Shown here piece after piece: positions 61,739 to 64,000 of a stretch of 64,000 bases of DNA. Both the position numbers and the translations under genes were made by a program. The stretch spans positions 252,278,001 to 252,342,000 of the forward strand of contig OZ024743.1 in NCBI GenBank assembly GCA_964016885.1, read 5' to 3'. This DNA is from Eledone cirrhosa (taxonomy: Eukaryota). The notes beneath the pieces were generated by a model. That model was not told where the DNA came from. It worked only from the letters and a program-made list of their open reading frames with translations, and searched no databases. How positions within the stretch are numbered: the first letter of the stretch is position 1; each line of letters begins with the position of its first letter.

Positions 61739-62352
61739 TTATTCATATATATGCATATTTATGTGTATATATAAATATACAGATATAGATATATATCCAT
61801 ATATACGCATATGTATGTATATATATATATATAGAGAGAGAGAGAGAATAGAAGAGATATCAGTGCTGTTGCCTGCTGTTGTTGTATATGGTTAATTATA
61901 ATGATATATTATCTATTTCATCATCAACACATTGCTAATTATGATGTGTTAACTATTTTGCCCTCAAACTAATTAGTCTCTCTTCATCTCCCAGCCTCAT
62001 TGTCAGTCTATCTCTCTCGTTCTCTCTCTCTCTCTAATTGTTGTAGTAGTGAATGAGATATTGTGATATGTGCGAAGATCAATTTTCAGGCTAAACAGTC
62101 AACTAAGATGTTTTGAATCAGTTTGGCAAGGCTAACTTTGTGTAAATGATTTCATTTCATTACTGTACAGCATATAAGACACTGACCAAAATCTATGTTA
62201 TCTGTATTTGGTGTTATCTTTTGGCAATTTGACCATCCTGTCTGCTAAATATCAACTAATTGCCGGGTCATAGAACACATAGCCAGAGATAAAGATATCA
62301 TACTTCATTAATATATATATATGTGTGTAAGTATGAGAACGATGATGATGAT

Positions 62353-62471
<119 letters not shown>

Positions 62472-62491
62472 ATACAATTTCTCTCATCCCC

Positions 62492-62522
<31 letters not shown>

Positions 62523-62525
<3 letters not shown>

Positions 62526-62556
62526 TGGCAACATGACCCTCCCGAAGTATAACAAT
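62523..62556 (+). mobile_element. 34-bp PLE family-B 3' end stub in (TA)n
   Basis: tattggcaacatgaccctcccgaagtataacaat matches 26210-26243. Confidence 0.8.
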
Positions 62557-63269
62557 ATATATATATACATACATACATATAAACATATATATACCAACTC
62601 ATAATATTATAATATTATAAAATTAAATCAAATTATTTAACACTACAAGTGAAGTCATTCTTTTCCTTTTTTTTAAATATACCTAACTGTACCAAGGATC
62701 TCACACATTTTCCAATATATACATACATATACATACATACATATACATACATAAATATATATATATATGTGTGTGTATATATTAGTGAGATGGATGATTG
62801 ACCAGGAGCTCAGGCAGTTTTAGCTAGAGACCTTTTTCTATCATATATATATATAGGATAGAAATATTTTTTATTATGGCTTAAGTGATGAGTCCTGTTA
62901 CTCTATAATTTCACCTATGCACTCACAGTATCATGATTTTATTTCATTACACTACAACATATAAGAAGACACCATGGATGCATGTTTTCCTGAGCAAGAC
63001 ACTTTATCTCATGCTGCTCTGGTCAACTCAGCTGGCAAAAATAAGTTGCATGTGTAATTCAAAAAGACAGCCTCTTCACACTTTGTTTCACACTAAATCT
63101 CCTTAAGAACTACATTAGAGGTACATGTGTCTATAGAATGGTTGGCAATTTGCACAGTAATTTTAAGAGCAGCTTGTCCCATTAACATTCACACTCATTG
63201 GCAGAATCAATGAAGGTCCAACACACTCAGCAACAAAGAAACATACATGAGCTGTAAGAAAATCTCTGT

Positions 63270-63745
63270 ATAAGAATTGGATATTATATGCAGGAGAGAA
63301 GATTATGCTGATACAGCCATACTATGCATATAGATGATGATTGTTGGGTGAAGAGGTGCCAGGTGTTTAGGCTGGTACAGACATGCTATATATATGGATG
63401 ATGATTGTTGAGTGAAGAAATGTTAGGATACAAATATGCTATCTGTATGGATGATGATTATCGGGGAAAGAAGTGCTAGGAGTCTCAAGGGGAATGAAGC
63501 AGTGGAAGAGCAATGCCAAGGAAGACTTGGGCAGAAATGGTGAAAAAACACAGATGAGGTGAGACAAAAAAACTGTATATAAGAGGAATCACAGGTTGTG
63601 AGATACAGAGAAGGTTGCACTGATACATTCATGTAATATATACATAAATGATGACTGTTGGATGAAAAAGTGCCAGGTGTTTATGCTGGTATAGACATGT
63701 TATGTGTATGGAGGATCAATGTTAGATGAAGAAGACCTTGGTAGA
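63270..63745 (+). mobile_element. Degraded RTE C-terminal fragments, locally repeated
   Basis: Remnants of QERRL.WYGH..RM.DD.WVK.C repeated about five times. Confidence 0.55.
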
Positions 63746-64000
63746 TGTGAGGAAAGCACAAGTACCTTTACTGTTGATGACTCATGTGCACCTATCATGT
63801 ATGAAGTCTACCTTATTTATCAATACACACACACACACACATCATTATCTTCATCATCATATATGTTCTTGATGGAGTGGTAGGGTTGCTGTCATATCTT
63901 GGTTATTTAAAATTGGTAGTGACCATTGCCTCTCCAGATCTGAACACAGCCAATTTCTTCCATGGAAAGAGAGAGATTATATTTACTATTGAGAGAGAGA

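Overview
AT-rich eukaryotic genomic DNA; the SINE and RTE families suggest a cephalopod/octopus-like mollusc (inference). No host protein-coding gene is supportable. The window is nested transposable elements plus very long (TA)n microsatellites. Elements seen: RTE LINEs (one with an open ~830-aa RT+PHD-finger reading frame), DD41D and DD37D Tc1/mariner relics, a non-autonomous Helitron, Nin-domain and CORE-like SINEs, pogo- and piggyBac-like MITEs, and Vingi-like and R4/Dong-like LINE ends. The main signal is several distinct Penelope-like element (PLE) families, most inserted in (TA)n as head-to-head fold-back duplications with a hammerhead ribozyme (HHR) motif near each outward-facing end. 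These include a 1.83-kb zero-spacer palindrome, a decaying 1.6-kb palindrome, a 6.7-kb inverted structure with an almost complete ~800-aa RT/GIY-YIG ORF, and small non-coding HHR fold-backs. About 14 intact or degenerate HHR motifs of ~7 sequence types were read by eye. All family assignments come from motif recognition, not database searches.
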